64,000 nucleotides of DNA, taken from Minisyncoccota bacterium (GTDB taxonomy: Bacteria > Patescibacteriota > Minisyncoccia > Phycocordibacterales > JABAAK01). Location: positions 596,622-660,621 of the forward strand of contig OZ241963.1 of NCBI GenBank assembly GCA_965204115.1, in the 5' to 3' direction. Below the pieces are notes generated by a model. The model made no database searches and was not told where the DNA came from. It saw only the letters and a program-made list of their open reading frames with translations. Positions 19,664 to 29,596 of the stretch are shown here, one piece after another (within the stretch, counting starts at the first letter, position 1; every line of letters starts with the position of its first letter). A program made the translations under genes and the position numbers.

Positions 19664-20272
19664 ATGACTGATGATGCGCGTTGTCTTATTCGGGGGTTCG
19701 GTGGGAAGTATATTGCCGATGATTTTAATGATGTGTTTGTGATTGGTCTTGCGGGGCTGCGAGGGTCGGGGAAGAGCGCGGTTGCCGCGGCGTTGTGTGA
19801 GGAGTTGTCTGGTGAGGGTGTTGATGTGATGCAGGTGTCGTTTGCCCGGCGGATTAAGGAGGTAGTGAATACACTTGTGGGGACTGATCAGTGGGAGAAG
19901 GGTGATGTGCTGTATGGCAGCGGTGATTGGGATGTGCGGCAGTTTCTGATGCAGTTTGGGACTGAGTTTGTGCGGGACAACCTCGGTGAACATTTTTGGA
20001 TTGATGTAGTTGCGCAGCAGGTGCTTGAGCGGCAGCCGTCTGTGGTGGTGATTGATGACATGCGGTTTCCGAATGAGTATGCGTTTGTGCGGGTACTTGG
20101 TATGGGTGTGCTGATTGAGCGGGAGGGAACTGCGTCGCATGCCGGGGTGCACCGGTCTGAGATGCCTGACGCGCTCGGTATTGCCGATGTGATTGCTAAT
20201 AATGCGGATATCTCTGATGCGGTTCGTGCGGTTCGTGATGTTGTTGCGCGGCATCCGAGGTGTTGTTTTTAG
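19664..20272 (+). CDS. Deoxynucleoside monophosphate kinase, phage type
   Basis: IGLAGLRGSGKS, SFARRIKE, RQFLMQFGTE..R, VVIDDMRFPNE, HRSE. Confidence 0.85.
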   Translation: MTDDARCLIRGFGGKYIADDFNDVFVIGLAGLRGSGKSAVAAALCEELSGEGVDVMQVSFARRIKEVVNTLVGTDQWEKGDVLYGSGDWDVRQFLMQFGTEFVRDNLGEHFWIDVVAQQVLERQPSVVVIDDMRFPNEYAFVRVLGMGVLIEREGTASHAGVHRSEMPDALGIADVIANNADISDAVRAVRDVVARHPRCCF

Positions 20273-20293
20273 GAGTGGTATACTGTAGTTATT

Positions 20294-21550
20294 ATGCGAC
20301 AGTCATTTTTAGCGACACGGGTGCGGAAAGAGGTGCCGGTTGATGAGGTTGCGCTGAATGCGCGGCTTTTGATACGAGCAGGATATATTCATAAGACGAT
20401 GGCGGGGGTGTATAGTTTTTTGCCGTTAGGGTTGCGATCGCTCAATAAGATTATCGGGATTATTCGTGAGGAGATGGAAAGTATCGGAGGGCAGGAGGTA
20501 TTGTTGAATGGGTTGCAGAATCCGGAGGTGTGGGAGCGGTCGGATCGGTGGCGGGGAGATGCTGACGAGGTGTGGTTTCGGACGCAACTGCGGGTTGGCG
20601 GCGATCTCGGGCTCGGATGGACGCATGAAGAGCCGATTACCGAACTGATGCGACAACACATCAATTCGTATCGCGATTTGCCGCAGTATTTGTATCAGTT
20701 TCAAACTAAGTTTCGCAATGAAGAGCGGGCGAAGAGCGGTATTTTGCGGACGCGAGAATTTATTATGAAGGATTTGTATTCTTTTTGTGCTGATGAGGAG
20801 GAGCATAAGGTGTTTTATGAACAGTGTGCTGATGCGTATATACGGGTTTTTGAACGGGTTGGTATCGGTGAGAACACCTACCGTACTTTTGCGAGTGGCG
20901 GCGCGTTTTCTGATTTTAGTGATGAGTTTCAAACAATTGTTCCTGCCGGGGAGGATATTATTTATGTGCATAAAGGTAAAAAGGTCGCGTTGAATAAGGA
21001 GGTGTACACGGATGAAGTGCTTGCGCAGCTGGAGCTGCGGAAAGAGGAGTTGGAGGAGCATCCGGCGTGTGAGGTGGGGAATATTTTTACTCTGGGTATG
21101 CGGTTTTCTGATGCGCTTGGGCTGCTGTATACGGATGCTACAGGTACGCAGGTGCCGGTGTATATGGGATCGTACGGTATTGGACCGGCACGGCTACTCG
21201 GTGTGGTGGTTGAGCTGCTCGGGTCGGAAGAGGGAGTAGTGCTGCCTGCGGCTATCGCGCCGTTTGCTGTGCATCTCGTCGCGCTTGGCGGGTCTGACGA
21301 GGTGCGGGAAGCGGCGGATGATTTGTACGCCGCGCTAACTGATCAGGGGGTTGAGGTGCTGTATGATGATCGGGATGTTTCTGCCGGGGAGAAGTTTGCC
21401 GAGAGTGATGTTGTGGGTATTCCTCGGCGATTGGTGGTGTCTGAGAAGACCTGTGCGGCAGGGAAGGTGGAGTATATTGATCGGGCTGCCGGTGGTGAAG
21501 GGAAGATGCTGGATACTGCCGTTGCAGGGATAATACAGGCGATATCGTAG
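20294..21550 (+). CDS. proS: Prolyl-tRNA synthetase (short form, no INS editing domain)
   Basis: THEE, YQFQTKFRNEERAKSGILRTREFIMKDLYSF, MGSYGIG. Confidence 0.95.
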   Translation: MRQSFLATRVRKEVPVDEVALNARLLIRAGYIHKTMAGVYSFLPLGLRSLNKIIGIIREEMESIGGQEVLLNGLQNPEVWERSDRWRGDADEVWFRTQLRVGGDLGLGWTHEEPITELMRQHINSYRDLPQYLYQFQTKFRNEERAKSGILRTREFIMKDLYSFCADEEEHKVFYEQCADAYIRVFERVGIGENTYRTFASGGAFSDFSDEFQTIVPAGEDIIYVHKGKKVALNKEVYTDEVLAQLELRKEELEEHPACEVGNIFTLGMRFSDALGLLYTDATGTQVPVYMGSYGIGPARLLGVVVELLGSEEGVVLPAAIAPFAVHLVALGGSDEVREAADDLYAALTDQGVEVLYDDRDVSAGEKFAESDVVGIPRRLVVSEKTCAAGKVEYIDRAAGGEGKMLDTAVAGIIQAIS

Positions 21551-21583
21551 CAGGTATCCACGAGTATAGGGTATTATAATCGT

Positions 21584-22156
21584 ATGCATAGGTTTATCGC
21601 ATTAGATGTAGAGTCAACAGGTGTGGATTTTTGTTCGTCGCAGGTGATTCAGTGTGGGGCGGTGTTTTTGGATGATCAAATGCAGTCAACCGGCGCGCGG
21701 GAGTGGGATATTAATTATGTGCCGGAGCAGTTTTCGTGGGACGACGAGGCGGAAGAGGTGCATGGTATCAGTAAAGAGCGGGCGCAGACACACGGAGTTG
21801 CGCCGGAGGTTTTCCTGAAGGAGTTTGAGCAGGAGATTGTGAAGCGGTACGGTATCGCGGAGGATATTGAGCTGCATATCATTGCTGCGAATGCCCATTT
21901 TGATTATCTGATGCTGCAGCGGTTGTGGGATGCGTATCGTTCTGATACCGCATTGCCACTCTCACGACGGATGATGGATATTACCGCATTGTCGCTGGTG
22001 GTGCTTGGTGTAGCAGGGATGAGTAGCACCCTTGAGGTGTTGGGCATTGAGGAAGAGGAGGACAAGCGCCATTCGGCACTGTACGATGCGGAACTGCATC
22101 TGAAGGTGTTTCATGCGCTGTTGACGATACTGCGTCAGGAAGGTGTTGCGTTGTAG
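21584..22156 (+). CDS. DEDDh 3'-5' exonuclease
   Basis: IALDVESTG, ANAHFD, HSALYDA. Confidence 0.85.
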   Translation: MHRFIALDVESTGVDFCSSQVIQCGAVFLDDQMQSTGAREWDINYVPEQFSWDDEAEEVHGISKERAQTHGVAPEVFLKEFEQEIVKRYGIAEDIELHIIAANAHFDYLMLQRLWDAYRSDTALPLSRRMMDITALSLVVLGVAGMSSTLEVLGIEEEEDKRHSALYDAELHLKVFHALLTILRQEGVAL

Positions 22157-22327
22157 CACGGTTTTTTCTTGTGTGTGTGGGGATTTTTGATGGTTTCCCC
22201 ATGTTATGCACAGGGTTTGATGTCTTGATGTGTGTGGGGTATTTTCGTTGGTATACTGTTTTCATATCTGGTGTGTTTTTGTCTTCAGATATTATTAGTT
22301 ACTTATCTTTTGTATTTTTGTATGTTT

Positions 22328-24232
22328 ATGAGAATAAAAAATATAGCGAGATCTCTGTATCCTTTTGTGGTCGGAGTTTCTCTTTTTGCGGTGTCGTTCT
22401 TCCTGTTGGTTGGTTCGGCATATGCCGCTGATTTCAGCACTTCTTTTTCTCCCGCGGCAGAGGCGGTTGAGCAGGATGCGACTGTGAATATTACTATTTC
22501 GTTTGATCGGGCGATATATGTGGACACTGATGATACCGTATTTACTGCTGACACGCTTGGTGATGTTGTGTCCCTGCATGCGACGAATGTAAGCGGCGTC
22601 GCTATTCCTTTTGGTGCGAGCATCAGTGCTGACAATACAGTGATTACTGTTGATCCGACGAGCGATCTTCCTGAGGGTGCGGTGTATGTCGCTATTAGTG
22701 ACAGTTATTACGATGCCGATGATATGCAGGGTGATGCGGCGAGTGCGGTGTTCTTCATTGCGAGTGCGTCAGAAGCTCCTGAGAGTGTGTCGCTGGCTGA
22801 TACACCTACTGTCCCTGCATCGGAAGTTCCCGAGAGTGCATCGGAGGCTCCTGGCAGCGGACCGACGATTGATGCCGATACCACCGCACCAACGGTGACC
22901 ATTGACCCGGCAGACGGTACGACGATTACTGATAACACTCAAGACATCACGCTCACCTTCTCTGAAGCGGTGAGTAAAGATGCTGACGGCACAGCTTTTG
23001 CTGATGCTGACCTTGCTGGTATTCTAACCGTGAAGTCAACAGACGCAAATGGTACTGATATTGTCTACACTGCAACGATTGACACTGACAACGACGAGAT
23101 TACGATTGACCCAGCTGCCGACCTCGCTGACGGTGTTGTGTATGTTGCCATCAGTGATGGCTACTACGATGCTGCGGGCAACCAAGGAAGTGCAGCGAAT
23201 GTTTCGTTCACGGTTGCGGTTCCTGACACCACCGCACCAACGGTGACCATTGACCCGGCAGACGGTACGACGATTACTGATAACACTCAAGACATCACGC
23301 TCACCTTCTCTGAAGCGGTGAGTAAAGATGCTGACGGCACAGCTTTTGCTGATGCTGACCTTGCTGGTATTCTAACCGTGAAGTCAACAGACGCAAATGG
23401 TACTGATATTGCCTACACTGCAACGATTGACACTGACAACGACGAGATTACGATTGACCCAGCTGCCGACCTCGCTGACGGTGTTGTGTATGTTGCCATC
23501 AGTGATGGCTACTACGATGCTGCGGGCAACCAAGGAAGTGCAGCGAATGTTTCATTTACCGTTGTGACTCCTGTAGAATTTGTGGTGACTTCGTCGCCGG
23601 CAAAGCAGGAAACAGTTACTGATAACACTATGGATATTTCGTTGACTTTCAATCGGCCGGTGTATCGGGACAGAAATGGAACAGTGTTTACTACGAAAGA
23701 TTTAGCCAGTTTTATTGTGCTGCGTACTGATGATGCGTATGGATACGCTATACCGTTTGAGGCGCAGATGGACAGCACGAATACCGTTATCACGATTGAT
23801 CCGACCGATTCGTTAGTGGATGGGGATGTGTATGTGGCGATTTCCGGTGATTACTACGATGCTGACGAGAACCGTGGTGTTGCCTTTAAGGTGACCTTTA
23901 CGGTGGATACTGGTACTCCTTCGATCGTGGAAGATTTCTTCTCACAGTTCCTTTCACTTTCACCTATTTTGTCGCCGGACGGTTCTTTCAGGGCTCCACC
24001 ATTGCCGATAGAGCCTGACGAGGAGTTGCGGCAAGAGAAGATTTTAGAGACGGTTTCTCTGTTGTGGCAGGCACTTGAGTCACTCTCAATTGTTGCCGCT
24101 ATGGACGCTGCGGGTGTGTCAGAGGCGGAGGGTGGCGCTTCTGATCAGTCGTTGACTGTTAGTAATGAAAATGTAGGTGAAATCGAACCTGACGCTGTGT
24201 TACCGGAGGAGGAGTTGCCTGCTGCTGAGTAG
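22328..24232 (+). CDS. Secreted protein with four SbsA/Big_5-type Ig-like domains
   Basis: Signal peptide ending AYA; repeated ITLTFSE...ITIDP..DL.DG.VYVAIS..YYD. Confidence 0.8.
   Translation: MRIKNIARSLYPFVVGVSLFAVSFFLLVGSAYAADFSTSFSPAAEAVEQDATVNITISFDRAIYVDTDDTVFTADTLGDVVSLHATNVSGVAIPFGASISADNTVITVDPTSDLPEGAVYVAISDSYYDADDMQGDAASAVFFIASASEAPESVSLADTPTVPASEVPESASEAPGSGPTIDADTTAPTVTIDPADGTTITDNTQDITLTFSEAVSKDADGTAFADADLAGILTVKSTDANGTDIVYTATIDTDNDEITIDPAADLADGVVYVAISDGYYDAAGNQGSAANVSFTVAVPDTTAPTVTIDPADGTTITDNTQDITLTFSEAVSKDADGTAFADADLAGILTVKSTDANGTDIAYTATIDTDNDEITIDPAADLADGVVYVAISDGYYDAAGNQGSAANVSFTVVTPVEFVVTSSPAKQETVTDNTMDISLTFNRPVYRDRNGTVFTTKDLASFIVLRTDDAYGYAIPFEAQMDSTNTVITIDPTDSLVDGDVYVAISGDYYDADENRGVAFKVTFTVDTGTPSIVEDFFSQFLSLSPILSPDGSFRAPPLPIEPDEELRQEKILETVSLLWQALESLSIVAAMDAAGVSEAEGGASDQSLTVSNENVGEIEPDAVLPEEELPAAE
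22880..23553 (+). repeat. Intragenic tandem duplication, 348-bp period
   Basis: 22880-23205 versus 23228-23553 identical except one GTC/GCC change seen by eye. Confidence 0.9.
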
Positions 24233-24265
24233 TTGATGCGAATAGTGAGTGGTGTGGGATGTGTA

Positions 24266-24295
24266 AAACAACAGCAGGATTTCCTGCTGTTGTTT
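24266..24295. terminator. Hairpin, probable terminator
   Basis: AAACAACAGCAGGA-TT-TCCTGCTGTTGTTT perfect inverted repeat. Confidence 0.65.
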
Positions 24296-24324
24296 GCCGT
24301 GGGTGGTGGGTTTTTATAGATACT

Positions 24325-26034
24325 ATGCGTATACGAGAAGAAATATTGCAAGAACTTCGTAAGGTAGTTCGGGAGTATGTTGGCCCTGATTCCTTTCGTT
24401 TTACCTTGAGTTGCCAACAGGACGATATACGCGGTGATTACGCGACTGGTGTGGCGATGGGAGTCGGAAAAATGGTCGGCAAGAATCCGCTGGAGGTTGC
24501 TGAGACATTTCGTGAGAAGTTAGAAGGGAAGGTGCCGGAGATTGAGCGTATTGAGATTGCCGGTCCCGGGTTTCTGAATTTCTATTTACGGCGGGATTAC
24601 TTCGTTGGGCAGGTTGTGCAGAGTGCGCAGGATGGTGAGCAGTGGGGGCAAAATGGGCGTGAGCAAGGACAGGAGGTATTGGTTGAGTATACCAGTCCGA
24701 ATTTGTTTAAGCCGCTGCACATCGGGAACTTGGTCGGCAACATCGTCGGGGAATCTATAGCGCGGCTCTTTGAGACATGCGCGGCGACCGTGCGGCGACT
24801 GAACTATCCTTCTGATATCGGGTTGACCGTCGCAAAAGGGGTGTGGGGATTGCGGAAATCCGATGGTGATCCGGGAGATATTGCTGACCTAGGTTCCGCA
24901 TACCGCTTTGGGAATGAGGCGTATGATCTTGGCGGGGAGGCGAAAGAGGAGATTGAGGCGGTGAATCAATCCTTGTATGCAGGTGCGGATGCGGAGCTTG
25001 TGGCGTTGTGGCAGCGGGGTAAGGAGACCTCATTGGCGCATTTAGATGCGCTGTGTCGGCAGCTGGGAACACAGTTTGATACGGTAATTTTTGAAAGTGA
25101 GGCGGGGCCGGTTGGGCATGCGCTGGTGCATAAGCATACCGGCGGTGCGGATGGTGTTTTTGAAAAAGATGACGGAGCGATTATTTTTCGGGGAGAAAAG
25201 CAAGGGCTGCACACGAGAGTGTTTATTAATTCACAGGATTTGCCGACCTACGAGGCGAAGGACCTCGGTAATTTTCTTTTGAAACAGAAAGCACACCCCA
25301 AGTGGATGCGTTCTGTTGTGGTGACCGGTAATGAGCAGCGAGAGTATTTTCAGGTACTTATTGCCGCTATTCGCGCAGTATTCGCGCTTGAGGATGATCG
25401 TTCACTTGAGCATGTTGCGACCGGTTTTTTGACTCTTGCCGGTGGTGAGAAGATGTCGTCGCGAAAGGGGAGTGTGTTGACAGGGGAATCCCTGTTGGCG
25501 GAGTTGCGAGAAGAGGCGCTAAAGCGGGCAAAGGAAACCCGGGCGGATGATGTTGATCAACTTGCCGGTCAGATTGCCGTTGCGGCATTGAAATATCAGA
25601 TACTGCGTCAAACAGTTGGCTCTGATATCGTGTTTGATAAGCAGCAGGCGTTTTCATTTGAGGGTGACTCTGGTCCTTATCTGCAGTATTCATATGCGCG
25701 GTGTCTTTCAGTTATTGCGAAAGCGGAAGAGGTCGGTGTGAATGTTTTTAATCAGGGTGATTCCGCAGTTCCTGACACGGTGTATCCGGTTGAACACCTT
25801 GTGTGTCGTTTCGGTGAGGAAGTTGACAAGGCGGCGCAGGCGCGCTCACCACACCATCTGGTGGCGTACCTGACGGAACTTGCCGGAGCGTTTAATTCTT
25901 TTTATGCTGTTGAGCGGATTGCCGATTCTGATGATGCCCACGCGCCGTATAAGACGGCGGTTACGCGTGCCGTTGCCCAAACCCTTCAGAACGGATTGTG
26001 GGTGCTTGGTATAGAGGCCCCTCAAAAAATGTGA
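24325..26034 (+). CDS. argS: Arginyl-tRNA synthetase
   Basis: GDYAT, IAGPGFLNF, VEYTSPNLFKPLHIGN, KMSSRKG, GPYLQYSYAR. Confidence 0.95.
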   Translation: MRIREEILQELRKVVREYVGPDSFRFTLSCQQDDIRGDYATGVAMGVGKMVGKNPLEVAETFREKLEGKVPEIERIEIAGPGFLNFYLRRDYFVGQVVQSAQDGEQWGQNGREQGQEVLVEYTSPNLFKPLHIGNLVGNIVGESIARLFETCAATVRRLNYPSDIGLTVAKGVWGLRKSDGDPGDIADLGSAYRFGNEAYDLGGEAKEEIEAVNQSLYAGADAELVALWQRGKETSLAHLDALCRQLGTQFDTVIFESEAGPVGHALVHKHTGGADGVFEKDDGAIIFRGEKQGLHTRVFINSQDLPTYEAKDLGNFLLKQKAHPKWMRSVVVTGNEQREYFQVLIAAIRAVFALEDDRSLEHVATGFLTLAGGEKMSSRKGSVLTGESLLAELREEALKRAKETRADDVDQLAGQIAVAALKYQILRQTVGSDIVFDKQQAFSFEGDSGPYLQYSYARCLSVIAKAEEVGVNVFNQGDSAVPDTVYPVEHLVCRFGEEVDKAAQARSPHHLVAYLTELAGAFNSFYAVERIADSDDAHAPYKTAVTRAVAQTLQNGLWVLGIEAPQKM

Positions 26035-26110
26035 AGGCGAAACTTACTTGTTTTGCAAGTCGTTTATTGCCGTTACCAAATATCTTGCTCTTTGCCGGAA
26101 GAGCGTTCGT

Positions 26111-26329
26111 TTATTTTTGCTCGTGTTCGTTCAGCTCTAAATAGTGTTTGCCATTTTGAGATTTTTTGATATCTATGTTGATGAAGCCGTTCTCTTTCTG
26201 TTTCTGTTGTTGTACCCAAGCGACTGCTTTTTCAACTTGTATGCCGAGTGAGCCGATGACGAAGTCAGGGCTGTTTTCATGTCGGTTGAAAAAGAAACCG
26301 TTTGCAAATTTTTTATCACCAGTATCCAT
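26111..26329 (-). CDS. Small (72 aa) hypothetical protein, phage-like, possibly nucleic-acid binding
   Basis: KFANGFFF.RHENSPDFV.G.L...GFINIDIKKSQNGK.YLELN; ATG 8 nt after TGCTACACT. Confidence 0.6.
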   Translation of the reverse strand: MDTGDKKFANGFFFNRHENSPDFVIGSLGIQVEKAVAWVQQQKQKENGFINIDIKKSQNGKHYLELNEHEQK

Positions 26330-26382
26330 ATAGGGGTAGTGTAGCACAGGTATAGTCAAGATGCCTTTCTGCGTTTTGGTAT

Positions 26383-26488
26383 AAAACGCAGAAAGGCAAT
26401 CTCGGTTCCTACTCCTCGTGAGAGGTGCGGTATTCTCCTGCGCGAAGCACAAAGAATACTGTTCAGAATTCGAGACTACCTTTCTGCA
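26383..26488 (-). ncRNA. Unannotated structured RNA (~105 nt), 6S-like architecture
   Basis: Closing stem and apical stem pair fully only with minus-strand G-U wobbles; TATACT at 26494-26499 on the minus strand. Confidence 0.6.
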
Positions 26489-26653
26489 CTTTTAGTATAG
26501 CCATACTTTTTACCATTCTATTGACGCTATGTGGATAACTTTAAAAAGTACTGTTTTTATCTGTTGCGAGGTATATCTGTGTGCGTTAAAAGTCTTGACG
26601 GGACACGATTGCATTGATTTTTATCTTTTGTGAGGTGGTACACTGTGGTTATT

Positions 26654-29017
26654 ATGTATGAGCATAAAGATATTGAAGAGCGGTGGCGGGAGCAGTGGGC
26701 GCGTGATGGAGTGTATCGGACAAGTGAAGATGCGGGAAAGGAGAAGTGTTATTCGTTGGTGATGTTTCCGTATCCATCCGGGGACGGATTGCACATCGGG
26801 CATGCGCGGGTGTATATCGGTGCTGATATCTATGCGCGGATGCGGCGGATGCAAGGGTATCGGGTGCTGCATCCGATGGGGTGGGACGCGTTCGGATTGC
26901 CGGCGGAAGGGTATGCGCTGAAGCAAGGAAAGCACCCGCGAGAGACGACGGAGCAGAATGTGGCGAACTTTAAGCGGCAGTGTCAGCTGTTGGGGTTGTC
27001 GTATGACTGGGAGCGGGAGATCAACACAACTGATCCGGCGTATTACAAATGGACGCAGTGGATTTTTTTGCAGTTATATAAAAAAGGGTTAGCGTATGAG
27101 TCGCGTGAGCCGGTGAATTGGTGTCCATCCTGTAAAACAGGGTTGGCGAATGAGGATTTGAGCGGCGGGTTATGTGAGCGATGTGGTTCCGTTGTTGAGC
27201 GGAAGCCGTTGCGACAGTGGATGCTGCGGATTACCGAGTATGCAGATCGGTTGGTGGATGATTTAGGGACCTTGGATGGTTGGTCTGAGTCAGTGAAGGA
27301 GGTGCAGCAGCATTGGATTGGGCGCAAGGAAGGATTTGTGTTGCCGTTTTTGGTACCGTCCGCAGGGGTGTCTATTGAGGTGTTCACGACTCGCCCTGAT
27401 ACACTATTTGGCTGTGCGTTTATTGCACTTTCTCCGGAGAGCCCATACATTGATTCGCTGCTATCACATTGTACGAATCGCGAGGCGGTGGAGGAGTACC
27501 GTCAGGAGAGTTATACAGCGAAAGCGGACGAGCATACCGGAAGTGGTGTTCTGCTGGAAGGCGTGTCGGCTACGCACCCTATCACCGGTAATACGGTGCC
27601 GGTGTTTATCGCGCGGTATGTGCTCGGGGGGTACGGCACAGGTGCCGTGTTCGGTGCGCCGGCGCACGACGAGCGAGACTCTGTTTTTGCGCATACACAC
27701 GGCTTGCCGATTGTGCGGGTTATTTCCGGTGATGATGATTTGCCGTCCGTAGAGGTGTCGCCGGATGCGGTGTTGATTGGTTCGGGTAAGTATGACGGCA
27801 TGTCGCCTGAGGAGGTGAAGGCGCCTATTGCTGAGGCCGCGGGTGGGCGGCAGAAGGTCGTGTATCGTCTGCAGGATTGGGTGTTTTCCCGGCAGCGGTA
27901 TTGGGGTGAGCCGATTCCCCTTATTCACTGTGATGATTGTGGGGTAGTGCCGGTGCCGGAGGAGGATTTGCCGGTTGAGTTGCCGGATGTTGATTCATAT
28001 CAGCCGACCGGGACCGGGGAGTCGCCGTTGGCGGCGATTGAAGCGTGGGTGTCTGTTCCGTGTCCGAAGTGTGGCGGTGCAGGGAAGCGGGAGACGAATA
28101 CGATGCCGCAGTGGGCAGGATCGTCGTGGTATCACCTGCGGTACATTGATCCGACGAACATGCGTGCGTTTGTGGATGCAGAAAAGGAGCGGCAGTGGAT
28201 GCCGGTTGATATGTATACCGGTGGCATGGAGCATGCCGCGCGGCATCTTATCTATGCGCGTTTTTGGCACAAGGTGCTGCTGGATATCGGCGCGGTGAGC
28301 ACGCAGGAGCCGTACGCCGCACTGCGGACCGTCGGGATTGTGCAGGCGGAAGGCGGCGGCAAGATGAGCAAGCGGCTGGGGAATGTGGTTGATCCACTGG
28401 CGGTTGCTGAGCATGTCGGTGTTGATGCGATACGGTTGTATCTCGCGCATATTGCACCATTCGCGCAGACAGTCGCATGGGATAGTAAGGGTATTGCCGG
28501 ACCGAGACGATTTCTTGAACGGGTGTATGTGATGCGCGAGCGGTTGGCGGACGGCGCTGCTGCGGGAGATTTGCTTCGTCTCCAGCATCAGACCGTGCTG
28601 TCTGTCGCGGATGATATAGCGGCATACCGTTTCAACACAGCAGTTTCCTCGTTGATGATTTTTGCAAATGCGCTTCGGGAGGCGGATGTTGTGCCGCGGG
28701 AAGCGTACAGCGTGCTGGTGCGATTACTCGCGCCGTTTGCGCCGTATCTCACGGATGAGTTGTGGAGTGCGTTGGGGAACGATGCCTCAGTTCACACTGC
28801 GCCGTTTCCGGAGGCGGATGCGACGCTGGCGCAGGCAGAGACAGTTGCTGTTGCGGTGCAGGTGCAGGGTAAAACTCGCGGGACCGTGACGGTGCCGCTC
28901 GGTAGTGCACAGGAAGAGGTCTTGGCGGCAGTGCGGGAGGATGAGCGGCTTCGTGAGTATACTGACGAGCTGGAGGTTAAGGTGTTTGTTGCGGATAAAA
29001 TTATTAGTTTTGTGTAG
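26654..29017 (+). CDS. leuS: Leucyl-tRNA synthetase
   Basis: MFPYPSGDGLHIGH, GWDAFGLPAE, FTTRPDT, SRQRYWGEPIP, KMSKR. Confidence 0.96.
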   Translation: MYEHKDIEERWREQWARDGVYRTSEDAGKEKCYSLVMFPYPSGDGLHIGHARVYIGADIYARMRRMQGYRVLHPMGWDAFGLPAEGYALKQGKHPRETTEQNVANFKRQCQLLGLSYDWEREINTTDPAYYKWTQWIFLQLYKKGLAYESREPVNWCPSCKTGLANEDLSGGLCERCGSVVERKPLRQWMLRITEYADRLVDDLGTLDGWSESVKEVQQHWIGRKEGFVLPFLVPSAGVSIEVFTTRPDTLFGCAFIALSPESPYIDSLLSHCTNREAVEEYRQESYTAKADEHTGSGVLLEGVSATHPITGNTVPVFIARYVLGGYGTGAVFGAPAHDERDSVFAHTHGLPIVRVISGDDDLPSVEVSPDAVLIGSGKYDGMSPEEVKAPIAEAAGGRQKVVYRLQDWVFSRQRYWGEPIPLIHCDDCGVVPVPEEDLPVELPDVDSYQPTGTGESPLAAIEAWVSVPCPKCGGAGKRETNTMPQWAGSSWYHLRYIDPTNMRAFVDAEKERQWMPVDMYTGGMEHAARHLIYARFWHKVLLDIGAVSTQEPYAALRTVGIVQAEGGGKMSKRLGNVVDPLAVAEHVGVDAIRLYLAHIAPFAQTVAWDSKGIAGPRRFLERVYVMRERLADGAAAGDLLRLQHQTVLSVADDIAAYRFNTAVSSLMIFANALREADVVPREAYSVLVRLLAPFAPYLTDELWSALGNDASVHTAPFPEADATLAQAETVAVAVQVQGKTRGTVTVPLGSAQEEVLAAVREDERLREYTDELEVKVFVADKIISFV

Positions 29018-29065
29018 AGGTTCGCGGAGCAGGTCGTGCATGGTATAGGGTATAGTGAGTAGTGT

Positions 29066-29530
29066 ATGAGATATGAAGTGTATACTGACGGCTCGTGTAA
29101 AGGGAACCCCGGACCCGGGGGGATTGGGGCGGTGGTGTATAGAGATGGTTCGGTTGAGCATACTTTCTCGCAGGGGTACTATAAGACAACAAACAACCGT
29201 ATGGAGCTGCGGGCGATTATTGAGGTGTTGAAGAAATTCGGTTCGGTTGAGACCATAACCGTTTGGACTGACAGTGAGTATGCGCGGAAGGGGATCACGC
29301 AGTGGATGGACGGATGGAAACAGAATGGCTGGAAGCGTATGGAGCGGGGGAGACCACGGCCGTTGCGGAATGCCGACCTGTGGCAGGAGCTTGATGCGCT
29401 GGTTGACGCGCATGTAGAGTTTCGGTGGATTAAAGGGCATTCCAATGAGGAGGGGAACGAGATGGCTGATGCGCTGGCGACACGCGCTTCGGGGCGTGGG
29501 CCGTTCGTGCAGGATGACGGCTTTGCATAA
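29066..29530 (+). CDS. rnhA: Ribonuclease HI
   Basis: YTDGSCKGNPGPGG, TNNRMEL, WIKGHS..GNEMAD. Confidence 0.96.
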   Translation: MRYEVYTDGSCKGNPGPGGIGAVVYRDGSVEHTFSQGYYKTTNNRMELRAIIEVLKKFGSVETITVWTDSEYARKGITQWMDGWKQNGWKRMERGRPRPLRNADLWQELDALVDAHVEFRWIKGHSNEEGNEMADALATRASGRGPFVQDDGFA

Positions 29531-29596
29531 TATAGTCGGCATGTTTTCAACAATCCCTATAATCCGGTAAAAATATTGTGTATAGTGTCAGTAGGT

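Noticed and set aside
26330-26452. N-terminal extension of the 113-aa ORF in the track
   Set aside because: It runs through the structured RNA; a better ATG at 26329 has its own -10 box
26383-26488. 5S rRNA, SRP RNA or hammerhead ribozyme
   Set aside because: Lacks the 5S loop C CCGAAC, the SRP GGAA-loop/AGCAG motif and the hammerhead CUGANGA/GAAA core
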